A stretch of 64,000 nt of DNA from Polyangiaceae bacterium (GTDB taxonomy: Bacteria > Myxococcota_A > Polyangia > Polyangiales > Polyangiaceae), in the NCBI GenBank assembly GCA_050287085.1, contig JBNKBE010000003.1, positions 1-64,000 of the forward strand, written 5' to 3'. Both the position numbers and the translations under genes were made by a program. Positions 29,701 through 40,500 of the stretch are shown here, piece after piece. Every line of letters starts with the position of its first letter. Position 1 is the stretch's first letter. Below the pieces are notes generated by a model. It was given only the letters and a program-made list of their open reading frames with translations, had not been told where the DNA came from and searched no databases.

Positions 29701-32700
29701 GCCGAGTCTCCACTTCAAGAAGCTCAACCCGCGGATTCGTTTCAAGGAGGGAGCGTTTCGTGTCGTTGCGACCAGAACGCCGTGGCCGCGACGGTCGACC
29801 CCGCGCTTTGCCGGCATCAGCGCCTTCGGGGTGGGCGGTACCAACGCGCATGTGGTGCTGGGCGAGCCACCACTAACAACGGCCACGGAGTCCACTCGCA
29901 GCAGCGAGCTACTGGTGTTGTCCGCTCGCTCCGATCAAGCACTGCAGCAGGCTTGTTCGCGCCTAGCCGACGCGCTGGACGCAAGCGAGCTGTGTCTGGC
30001 GGATGTAGCTCTGACCCTACACGCTGGACGGCGCGAGTTCCCGTTTCGACGCTACGTGGTCGCAGGCGATGGTCAAGAAGCGGCAAAGAAGCTGCGACAA
30101 GCGCAGGTCGTCAAGCGCACGCCCGGCGGTGCGCCCTCGGTGTTGTTCATGTTTCCCGGCCAAGGAAGTCAGCACCTCGGCATGGGAGCTCAATTGTACA
30201 GCGAATCGAGCACCTTTCGTGGCCATGTCGATCACTGCCTGACGCTCCTGGACCCGGCGACCGCGACCCGGCTGCGAGAGCTCGTGTTCACGCCCTCGCC
30301 CGACGACGCCGCCGCTGCCGAACTGAACCAGACTTCATTGGCGCAGCCGGCGCTCTTCATCATGGAGTACGCAGTCGCGCAGTTGTGGTTGGAGCTCGGA
30401 CTGAAGCCGCGGGCTCTCATCGGGCACAGCGTTGGAGAGTTCGTTGCCGCCGTCATCGCAGGCGTCATGACCCTCGAAGACGCCGTAGTCCTGGTCGCCG
30501 AACGAGGCGCGCGAATGCAGGCCCAACCCCCAGGGGGCATGCTTTCCGTACGCCTACCGGCGTCGGCAGTCGAAGCGCGACTCACCGGCGACCTGGCGCT
30601 CGCGGCAGACAACTCGCCGCGCCTTTCGGTCGTGGCGGGTCCAAACGATCAAATCGACGCTTTCGCGGCCCTATTGGAGCGCGAGGGAGAATTGGCGAAA
30701 CGTCTTCACACGTCACACGCTTTTCACTCGTCGATGATGCAACCCGTCGTCGAACCATTTCAGACGCGACTGCAGGCGCTCTCGCTCCGCCGGCCGCAGA
30801 TTCCGATCATCTCCACGGTAACCGGACAGCTCATGAGCGACGAGGAAGCGACCAGCCCGGCGTACTGGGCGGATCAGTTGCGCCTCGCCGTACGCTTCGG
30901 TCCCGCCGTCGCCGAAGCTCAGGTGCGGTATGACGCGCCATTGCTGCTCGAGGTCGGTCCTCGGCGAAGCCTGGCAACCTTGGCTCGGCAGCAAAACAGC
31001 AGCGGTACCAAGATCAATGCGGCCAGTTCACTGGGCGACAACAGCACAACCAACGGCAGCGCCTTCCGTGAAGCCTGTGGGGTGTTGTGGACTCAAGGCG
31101 TCAAGCTCGACCCGGAATCACTACACGCTCCCGCCCGTCGCATCCCGCTTCCCACCTATCCGTTTGAACGCCGCTTGTTTACCCTCCCGGCTCGGAGCCC
31201 CAGCCCGCCGCGTTCTCCCCTCCAAGACGCCGCAGCTCCCATAGAAAGCGGACACGGTCAAACCTTCACCCCCGAAGTCGAGCCTTCCACCCCCAATAAG
31301 GACCGCCCTACCAAGATGAATGCCGCCGATCCACGCCACGACCAGACCCTGACTACGCTCTGTGAGATTCTGGAGGAGACATCGGGTATCGATGTGACGC
31401 CGGACGACGCGGACGCACCGTTTCTCGAATTGGGACTGGATTCGCTCTTCTTGACCCAGTTTGCGATCACTGTGCAGCGCAAGTTTGACGTCGATGTCAC
31501 CTTTCGCAAGTTGCAGGAAGACTGCCCCACCATGGCCACCCTTGCAGACTTGATCGTGGCAGAGCTGCCGCCGATGGCCGTGCGGACGCCCCCTATCTCG
31601 GAAGCCGCCGTCGCCCAGCCCAAAGCTCCAGCGCCCGGCCCCATCGCGGCCCCCGAAGTTCCCGCTGCCCAAGTTCTAGCCGCCCAAGTTCCAGCTCCGG
31701 CGTTCATGGCACCGACCACGCCGTCGCCACTGCCCACGACAAGCGCTGCGGTCAATACCGGGGTGCTTGGACTGATCGAACAACAGCTGCAACTGACAGC
31801 GCAACTGCTCAGAGCCGTTTCGGGCGGACAAGCGCAGGCAGTACCGGTCCCTGCCGCGACCGTCGCCGCACCGGTTCCCCAACCCCTACCTCAAACCCAG
31901 GCCCCAGCACCCACCCCGGCCTTGCCGCCCCAGCGCGAACTGCTTGACGCCCCCGAGGGCCCGCCCCTGAGCACCCGCTCCGTTCGACGCTCCGATGGGG
32001 TTGGCGCAAACGATCTGGAGGCCCCCCCAAGCACGCGCAGCGCTCGCACCATGATGAAGTACGACGTCAAGAAGGCGTTTGGTGCCATTGCGCGCATTCA
32101 CACGGCGGGCGACGATATCGCCCCGCAGCAGCGAGCCAAACTGGACGCCTTCATTCGCCGATACACCGAGCGCACGGCAGGGTCGAAGAAGTTCGCGCAG
32201 GACAACCGCGAACAAATGGCCGATCCACGAGTGGTCACAGGCTTCAAGCCGACCACCAAGGAACTTGTTTACCCGATAGTAGTAGAGCGTTCGAAAGGCG
32301 CCCATCTTTGGGACGTCGACGGCAACCGCTACGTGGATGCTCTCAACGGTTTTGGCCTGAGCCTTTTTGGGTGGCAGCCGGACTTCGTCACGAAGGCCAT
32401 CGAAGAACAGCTGCATCGTGGGCACGAAATTGGCCCGCAGCACCCACTGTCCGGCGAAACCGCATCACTGCTGTGCCAGCTAACAGGATTCGATCGCGCC
32501 GCGTTCTGCAATACCGGCTCGGAAGCGGTAATGGGCTGTACCCGAGTTGCCCGCACCGTAACCGGACGCAAGACCATCGCGCTCTTCACTGGCGCCTACC
32601 ATGGTATCTTCGACGAGGTGCTCGTGCGGGGCACCAAGAAGCTGCGTTCAATCCCCGCGGCGCCAGGGATTCTGCCCGAAGCGATGAGCAATACGCTGGT

Positions 32701-33616
32701 GTTGCCCTATGGCACCCCCGAGTCGCTCGAGATCCTGAAGAATCGAGCCGATGACCTCGCCGCCATCTTGGTAGAGCCGATTCAAAGCCGCCGTCCCGAC
32801 TTCCGACCGAAGGAGTTCCTCGCTGAACTGCGACAACTGACGGAACGAGCCGGGGTCGTCTACATCTTTGACGAAGTCGTATGTGGCTTCCGCCTATGCC
32901 CTGGCGGAGCCCAGGAGTACTACGGCATCAAGGCGGACATCGCTTCGTACGGTAAAGTCATTGGTGGCGGCCTGCCGATCGGCGTGATCGCGGGACAGCG
33001 ACGTTTCATGGATGCGCTGGATGGTGGCTTTTGGCAATTCGGTGATGCATCAAGCCCACCGGTTGGCGTCACCTACTTCGCCGGAACATTCGTACGCCAC
33101 CCGCTGGCACTGGCCGCGTGTAATGCCGTTTGCAAGCACCTTCTACAGGAAGGCCCAGAGCTGCAACAACGACTCAATGCCAAGGTTGAAGCGTTCGTCG
33201 GCAACGTGCGAGACTTTCTCTCAGAAGTCGGCGCACCGATCGAAATCAAGAGTTTCGCGTCGCTTTGGCGGCTGGTGTACACCGAAGACCAGCCACTGGG
33301 AGACGTGCTGTTCTATATGCTGCGCGATCGCGGGATACACATCTACGATGGGTTTCCTTGTTTCTTCACGACCGCGCATACCGACGAGGACTTCGCAGCA
33401 CTGCAGACGGCCATTCAGGAGAGCGTCAAAGAGATGCAAGCATCCGGCTTTCTCTCATCAACGGGGCGAGCCCCAGCCGGTCTCCCTGCCGCTTCGGCCA
33501 AGCCGCCCGTGCCTGGTGCCCGACTGGGTCGCGACCGTGATGGCACACCGGCGTGGTTCGCCCCCCACCCAGATAACCCGAAGAAGTTTGTGAAAGTCGG
33601 ACCAGCGGGAGCCTAG
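26720..33616 (+). CDS. Hybrid NRPS-PKS: A-PCP-KS-AT-ACP-class III aminotransferase
   Basis: A domain (YTSGSTGQPKG, GYGPTE, YKTGD, NGK); PCP LGANSL; KS TACSTS/HGT/GHL; AT GHSVG + HAFH; ACP LGLDSL; aminotransferase NTGSEA, FDEV, YGKVIGGG; RBS GGAGG. Confidence 0.95.
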   Translation: MPNLSEAEQHHLVFELNQGADDGVPSRTIAELFAAELRAGPERIAVAWHGGSLSYAELDAASSHLAGRLSDAGASEGKVVALCLERGPLAIVALLATAKASAAYMPIEPTYPEDRIRFMLQDAAPVVVLTSTDLRSQLPGDYAGTVWELPATPEVDGSSRPAPTQLNGPESPAYVMYTSGSTGQPKGVVVPQRAIDRLVKQAPFAKLDSDTRILQAAPIAFDASTFEIWGALLNGGTVVLHDEAFPTPAGLRRSIRELGVTTMWLTAGLFNAVIDEDPQALSGLCELLTGGEALSVPHVSKALAELPTTQLINGYGPTETTTFATCYRIPPDRALPPTGVPIGYAIRQTRLYVLDEELRPVRAGELGELYVGGRGVSLGYLNRDDLTAERFFDDPFVAGERLYKTGDQVRMDNDGLVHYAGRADQQVKIRGFRIELGEIEAALVARPGVARAAVKVIEQAGNKSLCAYLVPADGHHKDAKAVMDALRQSLPDYMVPSRHVWIDEIPITANGKTNYAALPAPELQGTEVRGATSAAGTAGAIAAVFAELLGFAQVDPDANVFDLGANSLLVVRAVTRLRDRVGIEVPVTKVFQYPTPRTLGDFLDGNTTQKRSSTRQPALAQQDGQIAIIGIAGRFPGALSVEQLWDNLVAGKDTVAHFGRHQLDPSIPDELVADPRYVPARGVIDEPEHFDAAFFGITPKEALLMDPQQRLLFEIAWEALESSGYVPEKYPRPIGVFAGKYNDTYYAERVLQYPELIAELGEFQVMVANEKDYVATRLAHRLNLRGPAVSVHTACSTSLVAITMAVSALRAGQCGIALAGGASLTVPINSGHLYQEGAMLSADGKTRTFDQDASGTVFSDGVAMVVLKRLGEAVADGDTIYGVIHGIGLNNDGADKASFTAPSIEGQTDVIAMAQADAGLTPDDIDYVETHGTATPLGDPIEVEALSQAFAERTSDRGPVLIGSLKSNMGHLVIAAGAAGMIKTALALQRELIPPSLHFKKLNPRIRFKEGAFRVVATRTPWPRRSTPRFAGISAFGVGGTNAHVVLGEPPLTTATESTRSSELLVLSARSDQALQQACSRLADALDASELCLADVALTLHAGRREFPFRRYVVAGDGQEAAKKLRQAQVVKRTPGGAPSVLFMFPGQGSQHLGMGAQLYSESSTFRGHVDHCLTLLDPATATRLRELVFTPSPDDAAAAELNQTSLAQPALFIMEYAVAQLWLELGLKPRALIGHSVGEFVAAVIAGVMTLEDAVVLVAERGARMQAQPPGGMLSVRLPASAVEARLTGDLALAADNSPRLSVVAGPNDQIDAFAALLEREGELAKRLHTSHAFHSSMMQPVVEPFQTRLQALSLRRPQIPIISTVTGQLMSDEEATSPAYWADQLRLAVRFGPAVAEAQVRYDAPLLLEVGPRRSLATLARQQNSSGTKINAASSLGDNSTTNGSAFREACGVLWTQGVKLDPESLHAPARRIPLPTYPFERRLFTLPARSPSPPRSPLQDAAAPIESGHGQTFTPEVEPSTPNKDRPTKMNAADPRHDQTLTTLCEILEETSGIDVTPDDADAPFLELGLDSLFLTQFAITVQRKFDVDVTFRKLQEDCPTMATLADLIVAELPPMAVRTPPISEAAVAQPKAPAPGPIAAPEVPAAQVLAAQVPAPAFMAPTTPSPLPTTSAAVNTGVLGLIEQQLQLTAQLLRAVSGGQAQAVPVPAATVAAPVPQPLPQTQAPAPTPALPPQRELLDAPEGPPLSTRSVRRSDGVGANDLEAPPSTRSARTMMKYDVKKAFGAIARIHTAGDDIAPQQRAKLDAFIRRYTERTAGSKKFAQDNREQMADPRVVTGFKPTTKELVYPIVVERSKGAHLWDVDGNRYVDALNGFGLSLFGWQPDFVTKAIEEQLHRGHEIGPQHPLSGETASLLCQLTGFDRAAFCNTGSEAVMGCTRVARTVTGRKTIALFTGAYHGIFDEVLVRGTKKLRSIPAAPGILPEAMSNTLVLPYGTPESLEILKNRADDLAAILVEPIQSRRPDFRPKEFLAELRQLTERAGVVYIFDEVVCGFRLCPGGAQEYYGIKADIASYGKVIGGGLPIGVIAGQRRFMDALDGGFWQFGDASSPPVGVTYFAGTFVRHPLALAACNAVCKHLLQEGPELQQRLNAKVEAFVGNVRDFLSEVGAPIEIKSFASLWRLVYTEDQPLGDVLFYMLRDRGIHIYDGFPCFFTTAHTDEDFAALQTAIQESVKEMQASGFLSSTGRAPAGLPAASAKPPVPGARLGRDRDGTPAWFAPHPDNPKKFVKVGPAGA

Positions 33617-33684
33617 ATGAACAAGCACGACGGCCGGCGCGCTCTTGCTTCTGTAAGCGAAAGCGACGCGAAGGACTGCTACCG

Positions 33685-34572
33685 GTGAGAGGGCACCTGC
33701 TCGTGGCGGCGGCCGGCCTCAGCTTGCTCGCATTGGCCGCCTCCGGGCTGGTTGGGTGGCGCGCCTTCCGAGCCGAGTACAACTGCTTTCATCCTCGCCC
33801 TCGCCCTGAGCCTGCCCTCGTCGATTACTTTGCCCCGGAGCTGAAGGTTGAGAACGCCGTCTTCTCGGACGCTCGCGAGCCGGTATTGACGGGCTGGTAC
33901 CGAGCCTCCACCAATGGAAGGTGTGTGATTCTTGCACACGGCTCGCTGGGCGACAGAGCCTCGCTCGCCGCCGAAACCCGTTTGCTAGCGCAGGCCGGCT
34001 TCGGCGTCGCGACGCTGGATCTACCTGGCCATGGTAGCAGCCACGGCAAGGTAGAGTGGGGCCAGGCGGAGCGGAACGCTCTCTCGACCGCATTGCGTTT
34101 CGTTCTTGCGCAACAACCAGAGCTGCAGGTGGGGGTGCTGGGCTTCTCAATGGGGGGCCACATCGCCATTCAATGGGCCGCTCGAGAGTCGCGTGTTCAA
34201 GCGATTGCTGTGATGGGTACCCCGCCCGACCCCACAGAGTTCACGCGTTACGAATACCGCCGATTCGGACCGCTCACACAGTGGCCAGCGTTCGCCGGCA
34301 TATACCTGGGTGGCATGGACTTAGGAGAGCCAACCCCCCTGCAGCTCGCGGCGAGCTTGGCGCCACGCCCACTGCTGGTCATCATGGGCGAGCAAGATCC
34401 GCACTTGCCAGCCACGATGGCCCGGAAGCTATTCGATGCGGCGCTCCAGCCCAAACAATGGTTCGTCGTGCCAAAAGCGGGCCACGGCCGCTACGCGGAC
34501 GCCGCCCCAAGCCAGTTCAAGGCAGCGCTGATATCGTTCTTCAGCGCCAGCCTCTCGCCTCGCTCCGAGTGA
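33685..34572 (+). CDS. Membrane-anchored/exported alpha/beta hydrolase
   Basis: N-terminal TM; HG, GHGSS, GFSMG nucleophile, GEQD and AGH triad motifs. Confidence 0.85.
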   Translation: MRGHLLVAAAGLSLLALAASGLVGWRAFRAEYNCFHPRPRPEPALVDYFAPELKVENAVFSDAREPVLTGWYRASTNGRCVILAHGSLGDRASLAAETRLLAQAGFGVATLDLPGHGSSHGKVEWGQAERNALSTALRFVLAQQPELQVGVLGFSMGGHIAIQWAARESRVQAIAVMGTPPDPTEFTRYEYRRFGPLTQWPAFAGIYLGGMDLGEPTPLQLAASLAPRPLLVIMGEQDPHLPATMARKLFDAALQPKQWFVVPKAGHGRYADAAPSQFKAALISFFSASLSPRSE

Positions 34573-34591
34573 ACGTTTCCGTCCTGCGCCC

Positions 34592-37500
34592 TTAGGGACG
34601 ACTCAAGAAGCCTTTCACTCGGCCCTTCACCTTGCGCAGGAGACGGTCGCGCAGACCACCTTTCGCGTCGCCTTCCCGTACCTCAGGTATGGGGCCGGTG
34701 CCGGTCTTGACGGCCGCGGAGTCCATGTCCTTGGCCACAGGCTCGTCGACGCTTGTCGCGCCGCCATCGCGAGCAGACGAGCCGCTAGCCAGCTCGGGCT
34801 TCTGACGTTCAAGCTCGGCGGCCACTTGCTCCAAACTGCTCAGCAGTACTACTCGCGGGCTTAGTCGAACGCCTGTTTCGCGTTCCAGCTCGGTCAACAA
34901 GCGGAAGCACAGCAGCGAATGGCCTCCCAGATCGAAGAAGTTGTCGTGGATACTCACGTCGGAGCGCTTCAACGCGTCGGCGAACAACCGCCCCAGCAAG
35001 CGCTCCGTGGAGCTACGAGGTGGCGTGAACTCGGGACCCGCATCGACTTCAAAGGGCGACGGCAGCTCGACATCCGGTACTCCTGAGAGTGCCAGTTGCT
35101 CCACGAATTCGACAGGAACCAATGCCTCCGGCGCCGCCTTGCGAACGTACTGCCGCAGCTCCGTCTCGGTGTAGCTCTTGCCAGCCTCAGGTTCTACATA
35201 CGCCACGAGGCGCCCCACGCCCAGCTCGTCGGAGACCACGCAGCACCGGCACGCGTGTACACTCGGGTGGGCACGAAGAGCCTCCGCAACTGCGGACAAG
35301 TCGGTCCAGAAGCCGTTGACACAAGACAACTCTTCGGGCCACGTGCCGAAGATCTCGCCCCGTCGATTGCAGTATGCGGGCGGAGGGTCGCTGGGCGGCA
35401 TCGCGCCCAAATCGGTCTCGTTGATAGGAAGCCAGCGACCGTCGAGCCACGCGACAAGTTGTCCGCGAACGCCACTCGGAACATCGTGGCCAGCAGGATC
35501 GACAATCCGCAGCGAGGTCCGTCCCAGGGGACGACCTAGCTCTGGCACCAAGAAACCCGGACGCACCTCGGAGAGCAACAAGGCGCGGCCGCCCAGACGC
35601 GTCGTCGCCTGCAGCACCAGGGGACCTAGCTGCCTCAACCGACGGCCAAGTGCATCCGATGACGGTTCAAGGATGAGCGCGGCCCCCAAGCGCGCCAGCG
35701 CTGCCTTCTCTTCGAGCGCGGCTCCAAGACAAGCCTCCGGGGCAAGGGCAAGCGCCGCCCCACCCGCCAGCAGCGTTGCTATCGCATCCTCGGTTGGAAC
35801 GTCAGCGCCTGCAAGCAAGAGCGTGGCTCCCGCCGCCAGTGGAGTCAGAAGCTCCAGCAACAGTGTGTCCGAGCCGGGAGCGGCTGCAGCCGCACAGCGG
35901 TGCTCCCCTCCCAACTTGGCCGCAAATGCCAGTGCGCGCAGCTGAGCGCTGAGCTCCGCCTGACTTAAGCCCTGCCGCTGGCCCTTCCCCCTCACAGGCA
36001 ACAGCCCGGCCCTACCCTGTAGCGCCGGCGGCGCCCCGCTCGCTCCGCCCGAGAGACTCACGCAGCGTCCGATACCCCAGTCCCGTAGTCGCGCCTGCGC
36101 GTCGTCAACAGCCGCGTCGTCAGCGCTCGCGTCGACAACAGCCACAACCCCCTCGAAGTCACGAACCTGGCGCTCCGTACGGGCGCTGCTGTCCTCTGGA
36201 TCCACCGAAAGAACCCGCAGCCCTGCCCGAAATCCCGCAACCAATGCTGCCACCAAAGCCGTCGAGCGGGGCAACGCCACGACCACCCCATCCCCTTCGC
36301 CTGCGTGCTCGCGGAGCTTCGCGGCGAGAGCACAGGCCTGTCGCATGAGCTCTTCGTAGCTGAGCGTCGCTCCTGCGCACTCAACAGCGACAGCCTGTGG
36401 GCTCTGCGCCGCAACAAGCTGATGGACGTATTGCTCGGCGGTCACCGAAGGCGGAGCGTCTTGCACCTCGCCCTGAACCAAACGCAGCTCCTGCAGTTTC
36501 CGCTCGGGGTCATCAGCCGCATCTTCCAACAGGCAAACAAAGCTCTCCAGCAAAGAGGCGATCGTGGACTCCTCGAATAGCTCCGAACTGTAGTTCGCCA
36601 CCGCCACCAGCGAGTCGACCCGTTCCATCAACCACACCATCAGGTCGTTGGCGGCCTTGGGCGGCTCGACGTCTACCTGGGAGACAAGCGCAGTTCCGAT
36701 ACGTTGCGCGCGCGCTCTGGCGTCTTGAAATGAGAAAAACGCACGGACCGGGGGTGGCTCGATCCCAAGGCGTTCGAGCGGCATTTCTTCGCGGCTGAAC
36801 GCGTCCAGGGTCACATCTCGAACGTGCTTGATGTGCTCTGCAAAGGTCAGTTCGGGGTCGACTGAAATGCGCAGCACAACGGCATTGATGAACGGTCCGA
36901 GGAGACCCTCGACCTCCGGCAAGACACGCGCTCTTACGGGCGTACCGATTAGGATGTCCCGCTGCCCCGAGAAGCGATGAAGCAAGACTGAATACGCGGC
37001 ACACAATACAGTAAACAGCGTCCCACCGTGGCGCTGCCCGAGCTCCTTGAGCTTCGAAACCGCCTCAGCCGACATGGACCGCTTGAGATTGCCACCCAGA
37101 TACTGCGTCTCAGCGGGCCTCGGATGGTCGTGCGGAAGCGTCAGCTCGGACGGTGCGTTTTGCAGCTTCTGCTGCCACCAGGCAACCTGCTCGGCGATCT
37201 CTTCGCTGTCCAGCCACGTCGCTTGCCAACGAGAAAAATCCGCATATGTGACCGGAAGCGCTGGCAACTCGGGCGCTCTTTGTGCTGCAAGCGCACTGTA
37301 AACCTCGCACAGCTCATTGAGAAAGAGATCGAAGGACCAGCCATCCCAGATGATGTTGTGACGCAGCGTATAGTACAGGTAGTCTTCGTCACCGAGGCGA
37401 AATAGCGTGGAGTGGAAGAGCGGGCCTTCAGCCAGGTCGAAGGGTATCGTGTTGCGCTCCTGAATTTGCAACAACGCCGCCTCCTCTCGTTCCCCCGCAG

Positions 37501-40500
37501 GTAGCGCCCTCAAATCGACCGCAGCAATGGGCAGATTAACTGTCTTGGCAATGCGCTGAACCGTTGTTGCACCCGAGCCCGTGGCGCCTTCGCCCTCGGA
37601 AGAAGCCCCCGAGCTCACGTCGGCATACCCCACCGTCATGCGCAGCAACGCGTGGCGAGAAACCAACACGTCGAGCGAGCGCTGCAGGAGCTCCAGGTCG
37701 ATGGGGCCGCGAAAACGCCACGCCGCTGGCAAGTTGTGCACGATACGCTGCGCCGGATGCATCTCCTCGAGCAAGAAGAGCCGCTGCTGCACTACTGAAA
37801 GCGGCGCTGGTTCAGACTCGTCACCCTTGACGATGGGAGGTCGTGCTGCCGTCGGCGGCGCGTCGCTGCGTGCGACGGCCAGCTTCGCCGCCAAGCGACG
37901 CACGGTAGGCGCCTCGAAGAAATCCCGAAACGACAAATGCAAGTCGTGCTCTTGGCGCAACCGGGCCACTACCTGGGCCGCCAAGAGCGAATGCCCGCCG
38001 AGCGCGAAGAAGTCGTCCTCAACACTGACACGCCCGACTCCCAGCACCTTTGCCCACAGCTCAGCGATGGTCGTTTCCAACTCACCGCTGGGCGCGACGA
38101 AAGCTCCGGCTCCCGACGCCATTGACGCTTCAGTCGGCGGGGGCAGCGCCTTGCGATTGATCTTGCCGCTTGGCGTGAGCGGCATCTCAGCCAACACGAC
38201 AAAGGCGCTGGGAATCATGTACTCTGGCAGGCGCTGGCCAAGATGGGCGCGCAGCTCTGCAGGCTCCGGTGCTGGCGCAAGCGTCGACACATAACCCACG
38301 AGACGCTTGTCCCCTGGGCGGTCCTCGCGCAGCACCACCGCGGCTTCGCGTACAACGCCGTGACTGCGCAGGCCCTCTTCGATTTCTCCCAGCTCGATCC
38401 GAAACCCTCTCAGCTTGACCTGATAGTCGTTCCGCCCCAGACACTCGATCTCACCGTTGGCCACGAATCGTCCGAGGTCGCCGGTACGGTACATCTGGCA
38501 GCCAGGTCTAAACGGGTCGGAAACGAAGCGCTCCGCGCTAAGCTCGGGCCGTCCAAGATAGCCCAATGTTACGCCGTCGCCACCAATGAAGAGCTCGCCC
38601 ACGGCCCCCGGGGGCACGCGTTGTCCCGCTTCGTCCAGGATATAGATCCAGGTATTATCCACCGGAGTTCCGATCAACACCCGCTCTGCGTTCTGCGGCA
38701 CTTGCCAGAAAGAGGACCACACGGTCGTCTCAGTTGGGCCGTAGCCGTTGTACACAGCGGCCGCTCGCTGCGTTAGGTCGCAAGCGAGATCGCGCGGCAT
38801 GGCTTCGCCGGTGCAGATCAAACGAAGCGACGAACTACCCTCCCAACCCGCCGCCAGCAACAGACGGTAGGTCGCGGGCGTAGCATCGACGAAGGTAATG
38901 CCGCGTTGCTCGATAACGTCTCTGAGCACGGCACCGTCGGAAGCCTGCTCCCGAGTAACCAGCTCGATGCGCGCGCCCACGCTGAGCGGCAGCCACAGCT
39001 CAGAGACGGCAATGTCGAAAGACAAGGTCGTGATCGCCAACACGACGTCGCTCTCCGTCAGACCAGGTCTGCGCGCCACACTACACAGCAAATTGACAGC
39101 CGCGCGGTGGGGAACGAGTACGCCCTTTGGCTTGCCCGTCGACCCGGACGTATAGATCACATAGGCAACGCTCTCGGGCGTCGCTCTTCCGGTCGCAAGC
39201 TCGTCATCTGCAGCAGCTGCATCATCCAGCTCGCTCGCGTCGACCGCGACCACGGAAGCCACCGGCAGCGCCAGCGATTCGGCCAACTCGCGGCTGGTCA
39301 CGAGCACGCCCAGTGCGGCGTCTTGCACCATGAAGACTAGACGGTCCGGTGGATAGTCAGGATCGAGCGGGACATACGCGCCTCCGGCCATATGAGTAGC
39401 CAAGAGACTCACCACCAACGCCGGCTTACGCTCAAGACAGAGCCCGACGAGCACCCCCTCGCGAACGCCGACGGCGCGAAGCCGTTGCGCCAGGCTTCGC
39501 GCTTGCGCCACTAGCTCACCATAGCGCAACACCTCATCGCCACAGCTGAGCGCAACCGCATCCGGCCTAATGGACGCCTGGCGCAATACCAAGTCGTGCA
39601 TGCAAGCGTCCCGCGGGAAGTCCACTTCGCGGCCACTCCATCGCTCGAGAAGCGCCGCGTCCTCCGCGGTCAGCAGGTTCAAGTGCGACACGAGGCGCTC
39701 CGAGTTGCCGACAAAATCCTCGAGCAGCGTTCGGTAGCCCGCGAGCCAACGGCGGACCGTGATCTCGTCGAAGAGCTGGGTGCTGTATTGGCATTCGAGC
39801 GTCACTCTCCCGTCCAGCTCCACCGCGTTGAGAAACAGGTCGAAATTCTCGAAATGACGTGGATTGGTCCGCAGCTCGGTCTCTAGGTCGTCAAAGCCGA
39901 TAGCCTCCCCCGAGAGGCCCCGGTCCAAGTTGAAGACAATATTGACCAGCGGCGGCCGGCTGGGTTCGCGGGGCACGGGCAACTTGGCCAACAGTTGCCC
40001 ATAGGTAAACCCCTGGTGGTCTTGCGCATCGAGCAGCGACGTTCTCACACGTTCCAACGCGGAGCCAAAGGACTCTTCAGGGTCCCAAGTCGTTCTGATC
40101 GGCAGAAGGTTAACACAGTGACCCACTAGCGAGTGCAGCCCCGAAACCGATTGTCCTGCGGTGGGAATGCCCACAACGATGTCATTGGCACCTGACAAGC
40201 GATGCACCACCGCACCAAACCCAGCAAACAAGGTCGCAAACAGGCTAGCTCGATGTTTGGCCCCGGCTTTTCTCAGTGCGGAGACCAACTCCGAGGGCAA
40301 CTCAACGTCTAGACGCCGAGAGTCGTAGCGCCTTTGCGGCGGTCGCGGACGATCGAGCGGCAGATCAACAATCGGAATGCCATCACCGAATAGTGATATC
40401 CAGTAGGCTTCGTCCTTCGCTTCCGTGCCGGCCCCCAGGGCCCGACTCAGCGCGTAGTTCTGCCAGGAGTCCGCCGCTGGAAGCTCGGGTTCAAGCTCGA

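Noticed and set aside
29782..30933. 383-aa alternative-frame ORF inside the PKS
   Set aside because: Arg-rich GC shadow ORF with no motifs, fully nested in a well-supported gene.
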